Shown here: positions 37,563-51,070 of the stretch, piece after piece
Position numbering within the stretch: position 1 is the first letter of the stretch
Layout: each line of letters opens with the position of its first letter
Assembly: GCF_009914755.1 (NCBI RefSeq)
Contig: NC_060946.1
DNA from: the human T2T-CHM13v2.0 reference genome, Homo sapiens
Strand: one strand, 5' to 3'
DNA length: 64,000 nucleotides
Made by a program: the position numbers and the translations under genes
The notes under the pieces: model-generated
Seen by the model: the letters and a program-made list of their open reading frames with translations, nothing else
Databases searched by the model: none
Told to the model about the DNA's origin: nothing

Positions 37563-38270
37563 TGTGGTGGTTTTCAAATGTGTTCATAAATTATTTAGCA
37601 ACCTTCCTGGCAAAAGGTGGAGACTAATTTCTCTCCTCTTGAGTGTGGACAAGACTCATTTCTAACAAGTAGAATGTAGTGGGGGTGATAGTGAGTGACT
37701 TCTAGGATTAAGTCATAAAAGGCATTATTTTTGCTCCTCTTCTCCCCTCTCCTTTCCTCTATCCTCTTCTCTCCTCCTTCATCCCCTCTTTCTTTGTCCT
37801 CTGCTTCTTCCTCTCCTCTTCGTCTCTTCTGTTTTCTTCTCTCCTCCTCTTGTCCTTTCCCTCCTTCTTCTCCTTCTTTTTTTCTCTCTCCCTTCCCCCC
37901 GCCAACCTCAATTATTTGCACTGTGAAAAGCCAGTTGACACATTCTGAAGACATCCAGGCAGCCTTTTGGTGAGGTTCATATGACAAGGGATAGAGACAT
38001 TCTGCCAAAAACCAGCAAGAAACTGAGGCCTTCTACCAACAACTGTATGAGTATGTCATCTTGGAAGAGAAGTTTTCAGCCCCAGTCAAGAATTCAGATG
38101 ATTGCAGCCCTAGTTGACAGCAACCACATGAGAGACCCTGATCCTGAACCACCTGGTTAAGCTGCTCCTGAATTCTCAACCCACAGAAACTGTGAGGTAA
38201 TATATGTGTGTTGTTTTAATACGCTGTGTTTTGAAATAATGTGTTATATAGCGATAGAAAACTGATGTAC
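37563..38270 (+). mobile_element. MLT1 (E/F-like) LTR with internal CT-rich expansion (37730-37905), inserted in L2
   Basis: TGTGGTGG...CTTGAGTGTGGAC...CAGCCCCAGTCAAG...CCCACAGAAACTGTGAG. Confidence 0.8.
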
Positions 38271-38889
38271 TTACCAGTTTATTCTCTACACAGCAGAAAG
38301 TAATCTTCTGAAATGTAATTCTTATCATGACACCCTCCTACCTTAATCTCTTAAATTGCTCCCATTGACCTTGAAATAAAATCTAAAATATTTGACATGG
38401 GCAACACAATCGTTTAGTAACTGGCCACTACCAACTTGTCCAGAAATTTTTCTCTCATCTGTCCTTGCAACAAACATCCTCTACAATCAATGCACCAAAA
38501 TACCATAGTTTTTCTGACTATGGCATACTATTGCAAGCTTCTATGCCCCTCCCTTTGGCCTGGAATGCCCTTCTCAGTAGATTTCAATCAAAGAATTCCT
38601 ACTTATTGCAAGTGTCATCTCTTTGGACTCTCCTATATCTGGCCTAAGGGGTAAATTAAATTATTAGTTAATTGGTCAATTAATTCATCCATTGAATATT
38701 TTGGGGGTCTACTATTAATATATCTAAGTGAACCTTTCTAGATTCACATAGGACCCTGTATGTCTTGTAGCACAACTCTTAACACATGTATTCTAATTTT
38801 TGGTTGATTTTTTTGTTTTCTCAAGTAAACTGAAAAATCTATGAATATGAGAACTACTTATGATTTCTCCAAAATAGTTCTGGTTGTAG

Positions 38890-38934
38890 AGTTTATTAGT
38901 CAGAGTTCTCTGGAGAAACAGAACTAATGGGAGG
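38890..38934 (-). mobile_element. MLT2 LTR terminal fragment
   Basis: TATTAGTCAGAGTTCTCTGGAGAAACAGAACTAATGGGA is a typical MLT2 end. Confidence 0.65.
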
Positions 38935-39671
38935 ATACCCTAAATCATCTCTCTCAAGTTCAAAGTTCCATAGATCCCTAGAGCAGGGACACAATACCTC
39001 CAACCTCTTTGCTGATGCATAACAACAGTGAACTTTGCTCCAGTTCCCAATAAGTTCCTCATCTCCATCTGAGACCTCCTTAACCTAGACTACATAGACC
39101 ATATTACTATCAGCATTTTGGTAACAACAATTTAACAAGTCTCTAGGAAGTTCCAAGCTTTCCCTCATCTTTCTGTCTTCTTCTGAGCCCTTCCCTTCTT
39201 TTCCAACCTCTCCCCATTACCCAGTTCCAAAGTCACTTACACATTTTCGGGTATCTTTATAGAAATGCCCCTCTTTTTGGTACCAATTTTCCGTATTAGT
39301 CTCTTCTCACATTGCTGTAAAGAACTATCTGAAACTGGGTAACATATAAAGAAAAGAAGTTTAATTGGCTCATGGTTCTGCAGGCTGTACAAAAAGCATG
39401 GATGGGGAGGTCCCAGGATACTTACAATCATGACAGAAGGTGAACGGGAAACAGACATATCCTACATGGCTGGAGTGGGAGGAAGAAAGAGAAGGGGGAG
39501 GTGCTACATACTTTTGAACAACCAGGTCTCATGAGAACTCACTATCGTGAGAACAGCAAGGGGAAAGTCCGTTTCCATGATCTAATCACCTCCCACCAGG
39601 TCCCTCCTCCAACACTGGGGACTACAATTCAACATGAGATTTTGGTGAAGACACAAATCCAAACCAGATTA
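38935..39671 (-). mobile_element. MST MaLR 5' LTR (39292-39671) plus about 360 bp of internal sequence
   Basis: LTR CGTATTAGTC...AATTCAACATGAGATTT...AAACCAGATTA; adjacent internal CCCAGTTCCAAAGTCAC...GGTACCAATTTTC and TCTCTCAAGTTCAAAGTTCCA. Confidence 0.88.
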
Positions 39672-40093
39672 ATCTTCTATAGCATTGAGGTTTCCTAAAA
39701 GACTCTGATACCTGGCAGAGCTGAATTTGAATCCTGACCCTGCCTCTTCCTGGCTGTGTGATCCTGCATAAGCTACTTACCCTCTCTGTGCTTCAGTATT
39801 CTCTGTAAAATTATGGTGATAATAATAGTATCTACTTTTCAGATACTTTTTATTTCAACACTTCTGATAGTTGTGTAGTGATATGTTATTGGGATTTTAA
39901 TTTGCATTTCCCTGATGTCTAATGATGTTGAGCAACTTTTCATCTGCTTTTCCATTTATGTATCCTCTTTGGTTAACCAATACTCCTTTACACATTTGTT
40001 ACTAACTTTATGTTGCAGATTAAATGAGATACTTTCAGAAATTGCTTAGCATAATAGTAGGCACATATTCAGCACTTAAGAATTGTCCTCTTC

Positions 40094-40118
40094 GGTTCAA
40101 CAAGAAGACTTAACTATC

Positions 40119-40161
<43 letters not shown>

Positions 40162-43100
40162 TGTGTGTGTGTATATATATATACATATGTATATATATCT
40201 ATCTCCAAGATTGGCATACCCAGACTCATAAAATAACTACTTCTAGACTTCTAGACCTATGAAAAGACTTAGGCAGCCACATCATAAAAGTGAAAAATTT
40301 CAGCACCTTACTGACAGCATTAGACACATCATCAAGGCAGAAAACTAACAAAGAAATTCCAGACTAAAATTTGACACTTGATCAATTGGACCTAGTAGAC
40401 ATCTACAGAATACTCCATCCATCAACCACAAAATATACATTATTCTCAGCATATGGAACATACTGCAAGATTGGCCACATTTTCAGCCATAAAGCAAGTC
40501 TCAATAAATTCAAAAAAATGCAATTATACCAACCATACTCTCAGACCACCAGTGGAATGAAAATAGAAGTCAATGCAAAGACGATCTCCCCAAACCACAC
40601 AATTATATGGAAATTAAACAGCTTGTTCCTGAATGACTTTTGGGTAAATGATGAAACTAAGGCAGAAATTAAAAAAAAAATTTGAGATACGTAAAAAAAG
40701 AAACAACGTATCAAAATCTCTGAGATGTAGTGAAAGCAGTGTTAAGAGAAAAGTTTATAGTACTAAATACCTGCCCCCAAAAGTTGCAAAGATCGCAAAT
40801 TAATGACCTAATATCATATCTACAGGGACTAGAAAAACAAAAATAAATTAACCACAAAGCTAGCAGAAGAAATGAAATAACTAAAATCACAGTAGAACTG
40901 AATGAAATTGAGACCCAAAAATTCATACAAAGAATCAACGAACTAAAAGTTGGTTTTTTAAAAGGTTAAGTAAGATTAACAGACCACTAGCTACATTAAC
41001 AAAGAAAAAGAAAAGGAAGATCCAAATAAGCACAATCGAAATGACAGAGGTGACATTATAACCGATCCCATAGAAATACAAAATACCCTCAGAGACTATT
41101 ATGAACACCTCTATGCACACAAATTGGAAAATCTAGAGGAAATGAATAAATTCCTGGAAACACACAACCTTTAAAGATTGAATCGGGAAGAGACTGAAAC
41201 CCTGAACAGACCAATATGTGTAGAGAAATTGAATCAGTACTAAAAAACCTACCAACCAAAAAAAGCTGTGGACCAGATGGACTCACAGCAAAATTATACT
41301 AGACATACAAAGAAGAGCTGGTACCAATTCTACTGAAACTATTCCAAACAATTGAGGAGGAGGGACTCCTCCCTAATTCATTCTACAAAGCCAGCATCTT
41401 GCTGATACCAAAACCTGGCAAAGACACAACATAAAAAGAAAAAACTACAGGCCAATATCCCTAATGAACATAAATGTAAAATTTCTCAACAAAATACTAG
41501 CAAACTGAATCCAGCAGCAAACCAAAAAGTTAATTTGGTATAATCAAGGAGGCCTCTCTCCTGGGATGGAAGTCTGGCTCAACATATGCAAATCAATAAA
41601 TGTGATTCACCACATAAACAGTTAAAAACAAAAAACATATGATAATCTCAATAGACTTCAATAAGATTCAACATGCATTCAGGATAAAAACTCTCAACCA
41701 AATAGGCATTGAAGGAACAAACCTCAAAATAAGAGCCATCTGTGACAAACCAACAGCCAACATCATACTGAATGGGCAAAAGCCAGAAGCATTCCTCTTG
41801 AGAACTGAAACAAGAGAAAGATGCTCCCTCTCACCACTCCTATTCAACATAGCACTGGAAGTGCTAAACAGAACAATTAGCCAAGAGAGAGGAGTAAGAG
41901 GCAGACAAAGAGAAAAAGAAGAATATTGTCTCTCTTCACTGACAACAACGTTCTACACCCAGAAAACCCTAAAGACTCTGCCAAAAGGCTCCTGGAGCTT
42001 ATAAATGACTTAAGTAAAGTTTCAGGATACAAAATCAGTGTACAAAAATCACTAGCATTTCTATACACCAATAACATTCAAGCTGAGAGCCAAATCAAGA
42101 ACACAATCCAATTTACAATAGCCACCTGCCCCCGCAAAAAAAAAAAAAAAAAAGAAAAAAACCTAGGAATACATCTAACCAAGGAGATGAAAGATCTCTA
42201 TCAGCAGAATTATAGAACATTCCTGAAAGATGACACAAACAAATGGAAAGACATTCCATGCTCATGAATTGGAAGAATCAGTAACATTAAAATGGCCATA
42301 GTGCCCAAAGCAATCTACAAATTCAGTGCTACTCCTAAGAAACTACCAATGTCATTTTTCACAGGACTACAAGAAACTATTCTAAAATTCATATGGAACA
42401 AAAAAGAGCCCAAATAGACAAAGGTATCCTAAGCAAAAAGAACAAAGCCAGAGGCATCACATTATGTGATTTCAAACTGTACTATAGGGCTATGGTAGTC
42501 AAAACAACATGGTACTGATACAAAAACAGACACATAGACCAATGGAACAGAATAGAGAACCCAGAAATAAAGCCAAATACCTACAGCCATCTGATCTTTG
42601 ACAAGGTCACCAAAAATAAGCAATAGGGAAAGGACTACCTGTTCAATAAATGGTGCTTGGATAGCTGGCTAGCCACATGCAGAAGAAAGAAACTGGACCC
42701 CTGCCTTTCACTACACACAAAAATTAATTCAAGATGGATTAAAGATTTAAAAGTAAGACCTCAAACTATAAGAATCCTAGAAGAAAACCTAGGAAACACC
42801 ATTCTGGACATCGGCCTTGGGAAAGAATTATGACTAAGTTCTCAAAAGCAATTGCAACAAATCCAAAAATTGACAAGTGAGACTTCATTAAACTAAAGAG
42901 TTTATTCAGAGCAAAGGAAACTATCAACTCTGTAAACAGACACCCTAAAAAAAGAGAGAAAATATTTGCAAACCATACATCTGACAAAGGTCTAATATCT
43001 AGAATCTATAAGGAACTTAATTCAATAAGCAAGAAACAAACAACACTGTTAAAATGGGCAAAAGACATGAACAGACCTTTCTCAAAAGAAGACATAACAG

Positions 43101-43897
43101 CAGCCAACAAACATGAAAAAGTGCTCAACATCACTAATCATCAGAGAAGTATGAATCAAAACCACAATGAGACACCATCTCACACCAGTCAAAATGACGA
43201 TTATTAAAAAATAAAAATAAAAAACCAGATACTGGTGAGGCTATGGAGGAAAGGGAACACTTACGCACTGTTGGTGGGAATGTAAATTAGTTCAGCCATG
43301 GTGGAAAATGATTTGGAGTTTTCTCAAAGAACATAAAACAGAAGTACTATTCGACCGAGCAATCCCATTACTGGATACGCATCCAAAAGAAAATAAATTG
43401 TTTTACCGAACAATGTTTATTACAGCACGATTCACAATAGCAAAGACGTGGAATTCACCTAAGTGCCCACCAGTGGTGGATTGGATGAAGAAAATGTACA
43501 TGTACGCTATGGAATACTATGCAGCCATAAAAAGAATGAAATCATGTCCTTTGCATTAACATGGATGCAGCTGGAGACCGTTATCCTACACGGATTAACA
43601 CAGAAACAGAAAGCCAAATACCACATATTCTCACTTATAAGCTAGAGCTAAACATTGGGCACTTATGGACATAAAGATGATAACAATAGACACTTGGAAC
43701 TAATGGAGGGGGGAGACGGGAGATGGACAAGGCTTTAAAAAAAACTAGCTCTTGAGTACTATGCTCACTACCTGGGTAATGAGATAATTTATATCTCAGA
43801 CCTCAGCATCACACAATATAGCCATGTAACATATCTGCATATGTACCCCTGAATCTAAAAGAAAAGTTGAAATTATGAAAAAATAAAAAATAAAAAT
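40094..43897 (+). mobile_element. 5'-truncated L1 (older L1PA/L1PB), degenerate ORF2 plus 3'UTR and poly-A
   Basis: ORF2-like peptides: endonuclease DLVDIYRILHP (40371), RT-region [15 protein letters not shown] and LFTDN (FADD mutated); many stops and frameshifts; 3'UTR CCTCAGCATCACACAATATA; A-rich tail. Confidence 0.97.
40118..40202. repeat. Compound (AT)n(GT)n(AT)n microsatellite inside L1 ORF2
   Basis: Occupies the position of the short ATATATATG of L1 ORF2. Confidence 0.92.
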
Positions 43898-44126
43898 AAG
43901 AATCATCTAGACCAGAAGCTCCCCTGAAAGACTGCTTTGACTTCTTGTTGACAAGAGTTGGCCCTATGCGCATCCCTAGCTGCAAGAAGTCTCTGGTGTG
44001 AACGTTTTCAAGTGAACACACCACCACTCTGATCATAATGTAATACTTTAGCAATCAAGAAGGAGAAAATACATACTGAGTAGGCAAATAGCAATGTCTG
44101 ACACGAAATGTGACCATTAAAAATTA

Positions 44127-44459
<333 letters not shown>

Positions 44460-45176
44460 TCAACATTGCTTGCTAACTTTATTTATTCATGGAAATGTGG
44501 CTCATTTATTTCATCACTGATATTATTCCATAAGTAAATATTACTGTTAAAAAAAAATGCCCTTATGGTGCACCGAGAATAGAAACCATAGGACCCTCAA
44601 CTTCCTGGCCTCAGAATCCAAGACTGAGTCAGGAGGCCAAAGCTCTATGTTTGGATCTGTTTCAATTTATTTGGTTCTTTCCCAAGCAATTTTTTTCTGC
44701 CTGTACATCCTCCTCAGAGCACCTGCCTCTTTGGATGAAGATTTGAATTGTTACCTCCCAGAGCCAATAATATACCTCACCTCTTTGCTGACAAAGGTAA
44801 ATATAATTAAAAAGTGATTATGATCTGGGACTACTTTCATAAGCTTTGCTAGACCTAATTATACAGCAAGTGCAAGTCTCTGGGTATCAAATTCTTTCTA
44901 GATGAAATTTACTGACACCATCAGTTGTGTGCCAGTGAGCAAGGGTGAGGTTTGTACTGTTGGTGGCAGAGTCTGGGATGTGAGAAGGAGACACTGACCC
45001 AGGGCAAACCATGTCCAAGCTTCAACAATGTTCCTAGTTCTGAATTTGTTCATTTGAGTCGCATTTGTCCAGCACCGTCCGTGGTCGTATCTTGTTCTTG
45101 AGGAATTCACAGTCTAACTGGGGAAAGGGGCTTGTCCATAAAGGCAGAGTAATAAATTTGTAAAAGAGTATTTGCT

Positions 45177-46129
45177 GGTGCATCGAAGAGGATACACAGA
45201 TGGCAAATCAACACATGAAAAGATGCTCAACCTCATCAGGCATCAGAAAAATGCAAATGAGACATCACAATGCAATATCACGATGTACCTATCAGAATGA
45301 CTGAAATAAACAATAATGAAAACACCAAATGCTGGCAAAGATATGGAGAAATTAAATCACTCATACACTGCTGGTGGGAATGTAAAATGGAATAGCCATG
45401 CAGAAAAACAGTTTTGCGATTCCTTATAAAACTATATATGCAAATACCACAAGACCCAGCAATTACACTCTTAGGCATTTGTCCTAGAGAAACAGAAATT
45501 CATGTTCACACAAAAATCTATACACGAACGTTCATAGTAGCTTTATCTGTAATAGCCCAAAACTGGAAACAGTCCAGGGATCCTTTCATGAGAGAATGTA
45601 CACTTACTCCAAATTGGCTGTGTTTGTTTCCGAATCTGTTTATGCTGATTGTACTTGGTGAACACACTGTGGTACATCCATACCATGAAACACTACACAC
45701 CAATAGAAAGAAATGAAATTTTCATATCTGCAACAACTTGGATGAATCTACAGGAAATTAAGCTCAGTGAAGGAAAGACAATTTCAAAAGTCACAGACTA
45801 TATGATTTCATCTATATAACATTTGTGAAATGACAAAATTACAGAAATGAAGACAGGATGAGTGGTTGTCAGGGCTTAAGGAAGGGGTGGGGTGAGAAGA
45901 AAGTGGCTGTGCCTGTAAAAGGGCAACAGAATGAATCCTCATGGTGATGGGGGTGCTCTGTGTCTTGACTGTGTGAAGGTCAATATCTACATTGTGAAAT
46001 TGGACTAGTTTCGCCAGATGTTACCACTGGGGACGATTAGGTAAACGGTACATTGGATCTCTGTGTTTCTTAGAATTGCATGTGAGTCTACAACTATCTC
46101 AAAATAAAAAGTTCAATTTTTTAAAAAAC
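45177..46129 (+). mobile_element. L1MC-type 5'-truncated 3' end
   Basis: ACACATGAAAAGATGCTCAAC...CTGGTGGGAATGTAAAATGG...TATCTCAAAATAAAAAGTT; TSD AGAGTATT(T/G)GCT at 45165-45176 and 46130-46141. Confidence 0.9.
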
Positions 46130-46139
46130 AGAGTATTGG

Positions 46140-46630
46140 CTCCCTGCTCCAAACCTTTCAAAACTTCCTATTGCCTTTGTAATAAAATACAAATGCTCAT
46201 CTTGACTTCCAGGCCCTGTTGACCTCCCAGACTGTCCCATGCTGCCCCATTTTCCAGACCCCAGTCATCCTGGGCTGTTTTCATTTCCTTTCTAACTTGA
46301 TTTCCAGCCTTCTTCTGCGATGTTCTCACTCCACAAAATATCTTCTCCTGGCTTTTCTCCCAGCTGCTCCTTCTTGTCATTTGGGTTTCAGCCTAAACAT
46401 CACCTCCTCATGGAGGCCCTCCTTGATTTCTTCCAGATAGGCTCCCTCTAAAGTTCTCTCAATGTCTATCTGTAATTATTGTCTTTTCTGGTTTACTGAC
46501 TTAATTTTGTCCTCTCTACTAGACTGTAAGTTCCTTGAGGGCACGGATCTTGTTAACTGGGCTCACTAATGTTTCCCCAGAGTCAGCTGAGTGGCTGGCA
46601 CATAAAAGAGGCTGAATAAATACTTGCAGG
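46140..46630 (+). mobile_element. L2 3' end followed by GA-rich low complexity (46630-46772)
   Basis: CTAGACTGTAAGTTCCTTGAGGGCA...TGGCACATA...AATAAATACTTG. Confidence 0.85.
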
Positions 46631-47974
46631 TAGGAGAAGAGGAAGGGAGGATAGAAGGGAAGAGAGGATGAAGGGATGAAGAGAGGGAGGGAGGAGAAAA
46701 GGGTAGAAGGGAGGAAGGGAATGATTAAAGGAGGGACGGAGAAAAGGGAGAGAAGGTGGGATGGGGTGGGAGATGTCAAAGAAGCAGCTCAACAGGACTT
46801 TGGCTATGGGCAAGGGGGAAAGAAGGAATGCATGATGACATCTGGTTTGGGCTTGGTCATGATGGCAGACGCTGGTGCCATTTGTTCTTCATGAGGAAGG
46901 AGAATGTTTGCAACAGGAGAAAAAAGTGTGAGTTCATTTTCAATGTGTCAAATTCCTCTATCTCCCTGCCTACCCCAAGTCCTTCTGCACCTGGTTATCT
47001 TGTATATACAGAGGAGCCCTTTTTACCGAATACACATAAGATAAGTAATTGGTCAGTAAATCAAAAGGAAAATGGTTAAAACTGAGAATGAAAATGATAA
47101 ATTCCTTAACACATTTTATTAAACTTAAAGATGTGTACATTCATTCGCTGATCTTAAGACAAAAGGTGAGGCTTTTTTGGCCGAGAATGTTTTTTGCTAT
47201 TGGTGTTTCATATAGTTTTTCTTGCCAAGTGATATCTATGTGATATGCACTAACTCTGATCCTAAACAGTCACCTCCCACACCTAATTTGATAGCAGTTC
47301 TTTAATAGGTTTACTTAATTAAATGGTGTAATTATAACAACATGTACAACCAGCATAAACAGGTTTGGAAACAAACACAAACGACTTAGAGTAAGTGTGC
47401 ACCTTGGCTAAGAGGTGCCAAGTGCCCGGGGAAATGAGAGTGGTGTCTGCTAGCCATCAGTGGGCATCAGTCCTCATGATTTTTAGCAAGACTGAGAGTC
47501 TGTAAACATGGCAAGTTTGTTAAGAGGAAATTGGCTAAGATTTAGTGAAGTATTTACTTAAATATGCATTGAATAAATGAGTGAAATTTGCGATCTAATC
47601 TCAATCATCCCTCTGGCCTCAATGTCCTTTTCTGTAAAATGGGCCCAAGACTAGTTAAGTGGCAAAGTTATCATTGACACGAGATGAGCACAAGTGTATA
47701 AACCTGGCACCCAGCTCCTAGCTCCTGCCCAAAGCCAGGGTTGGAGCAGATCTTTCCGAAGCCCTCAGCCTGTGAGGTCTGCATGTCGACAACTTTTTAC
47801 AAAAGCAGCCAGGACCCCCTGGCTACCTTCCCTGTTGCCCAAAAGACATAAAATAGGAATGTGATTTATTGTACCCCCAAAACTCAAATGACAAGAGACA
47901 ATTAAGTACCTCCCTCATGGAGAAACCCTGGGCAGCCTGATAAGCAGATATGGCCCAGATATTGAGGGCAGGTA

Positions 47975-48170
47975 GACAGGGCTTGAATCCTGATTCAACT
48001 TCATATTATCTGTGTCTTCCTGGGCAAGTGACATTATCTTCCAGAGCCTTGGTTTCCTCATCTATAAAATAGGAGTTAAAATGAATGCATGTGAAGTATC
48101 ACATTTATGTGTAGTACACAGTAGGTACATCATCAGTAGTAGCTACTAATATTATTGTTAATTATTATTA
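47975..48170 (+). mobile_element. MIR
   Basis: CCTGGGCAAGTGAC...GTTTCCTCATCTATAAAATAGG. Confidence 0.85.
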
Positions 48171-48629
48171 TTGAAAGCTGGCAGAAACAGGCAGCCTGCC
48201 AGAGACCCTCTGGTCATACAACAAATGAATGTTGCTCTTCTGTCCTAGACAGGAAAAAGCAATTTGCCATTTCCTCTCCCACTTGAGTTGATTGCCGTTT
48301 CCTTCTGATTAATATTTATGAAACTGGCTTTGTGCCTTTGCAAGGGAAGTCCCCTGTTTGTCAAACAGAGGTCTATAAATTTATATGATAATTATCCTCC
48401 CCATCCATTCCAGTACCCCCCGGAAAGCAAAGATAACTGAAATGAGGTGTCCATGAGATTTAATGGGTGGGAGACTTTGGCCATGGAGGAACTACATACG
48501 CAAAACCTCTGTAGGAAATATGCTGGGGAAACCAGAGTGTCCTGGACTACTGGGATGTCAGGGTTAGAAGATCCTCAGGGTTTGTCTGGAGCCATCTCTC
48601 CCTAACTGCCGGGAGATTACAAGATACAG

Positions 48630-49295
<666 letters not shown>

Positions 49296-49477
49296 AGTTT
49301 ACCCCCTTATTTGATAGATAAAAATTCTGAAGTCCAGAGCGGGGAAGTGACTTGCCCAAAGTTACGCAGCAAGCTTGTGGTGGAAACCAGTATGAACGAA
49401 GGAACGTAGTTTCACTTTCTATATTTTAAAAATGCACATTAGACAAAGCTTAAAAAAAATTTTTTTTGTAGGCAGTT

Positions 49478-50349
49478 GCCATGGTTAAGATATGGTTTGT
49501 TTGTCCTCACCAAAACTCATGTTGAAATTGGATCCCCAGTGTGGAGGTGTTGGGAGATGGGGCCTAGTGGGAGCTGCTTGGGTCATGGGGAAGATCCCTC
49601 ATGAGTTACTTGGTGCCATTCTTGCAGTAGTGAGTGAATTCTTGCTCCAGTGAGACTAGATTAGTTCTCTTGGGAATAGATTAGTTCCCAAGAGAGTGGA
49701 AGAGAGTGGATTGTTATACAGCCAGTGTGTTAGTCCATTCTTGGATTACTATAAAGAAGTATCTGAGGCTGGGTAATTTATAAAGAAAGAAGTTTAATTG
49801 GCTCACAGTTATGCAGGCTGTACATGAAGTATGGTGCCAGCATCTGCTTCTGGTGAGGCCTCAGGAAGCCTACAGTCATGGCAGAAGTCAAAGGGGGGTC
49901 AGCAAGTCACATAGTGAGACAGGAGCAGGGAGGTGCCACACACTTTTGAACAACCAGATCTCTCATGAACTCAGAGAAAGAACTCACTCACTCATCACCA
50001 AGGGGATGGCAATAAGCCATTCATGAGGAATCTGCCCCTGTGATCCAAACACCTCCCATCAGGCCCCACCTCCAACACTGGGGATTACATTTCAACATGA
50101 GATTTGGAGAGGACAAACACCCAAACCTTGTCAGCTGGGATGTTCCTCTGTTTTTCCCTTTTCGCACATCTGCTTCCCTTTTTACCTTCTTTGCCATGTT
50201 GTGATGCAGCATGGAAGCCCTCACTAGAAGCCAGGACCATGCTGTTGAACTTCTTGGTCTACAGAATCATGAGCCAAATAAACCTCTTTTCTTTATAAAT
50301 TGCCCAGTCTTAGGTATACTATTATGGCAACACAAAATGGACCAAGACA
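49478..50349 (+). mobile_element. MST-family LTR (outer) interrupted by a second MST LTR
   Basis: CAAAACTCATGTTGAAATT...GAGCCAAATAAACCTCTTTTCTTTATAAATT...AAATGGACCAAGACA. Confidence 0.85.
49726..50133 (-). mobile_element. MST (A/B-like) solo LTR nested antisense in another MST LTR
   Basis: TGTGTTAGTCCATT...CAAACCTTGTCA; 5-bp flanks GCCAG/GCTGG. Confidence 0.9.
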
Positions 50350-50354
50350 CAAAT

Positions 50355-51070
50355 GTTGGCTTGGTATGAGGAAATATCACACTTGTACACTAACTGGAAA
50401 GTGTGGAAATTAGTAAGCCTTTCTGGAGAGAGAGGCATTTTGGCAACAGAATACTTAGAAATCATGTTGATATTTAATGTGTAAATAGATCATATTATAC
50501 CACAGGACCCCGGATGCATGAATCCTGCCTCAAAAATATGTGTATCTTCTCACCTAGGAGGAATTCCCCTTGAAGAATTTGTCCTAAGGAAATAATCTAA
50601 AAGGCCTGCAAATATTTAGGCACAAAGATGTTCATTACTGTGTTGTTTATAATAATGGAATTTGGGGGGAGAGGAAATCTCAATAGGGAAAATGGCTAAA
50701 TAAGAAGACTACATCTATAAAAGAGAATACCATAAAATAAAAAATTAAAATCATGTTATGAAAGAGTGTTTTATTACACAGAAAAATGCCCACAATATAT
50801 TAAGTAAAAAGGCCAGGTTACTGTCTGATTTATACCATGTAACAGCATGTGACCCAAATTAAGGGAGGAAGCACCAATATTTATGCACATTTGCATATGT
50901 GAATACAGCATAGAATATAGACTACAAGAAAGAAAGCCAAAGCATTAGCAATGTTTTTCTCTGGGTGATATTTATTTGCTTCTTTGTGCTTTTCTGTGAT
51001 TTCCAAATATACTACAATGAACATGTGTTACTTGTATAATCATAAAAAATTGAAGTTTAATATTTAAAAA
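50355..51070 (+). mobile_element. Highly diverged L1ME 3' fragment
   Basis: CAAAGATGTTCATTACTGTGTTGTTTATAATA; TTTTCCAAA...ACAATGAACATGTGTTACTT. Confidence 0.65.

Noticed and set aside
40371-43645. ORFs with endonuclease and reverse-transcriptase similarity as a novel RT system
   Set aside because: Ordinary decayed L1 ORF2: 5'-truncated, many stops and frameshifts, catalytic FADD changed to FTDN.
45066-45092. Partial REST/NRSE-like ACCACGGACGGTGC on the minus strand
   Set aside because: Only about 13/21 match; the left half-site TTCAGC is absent.
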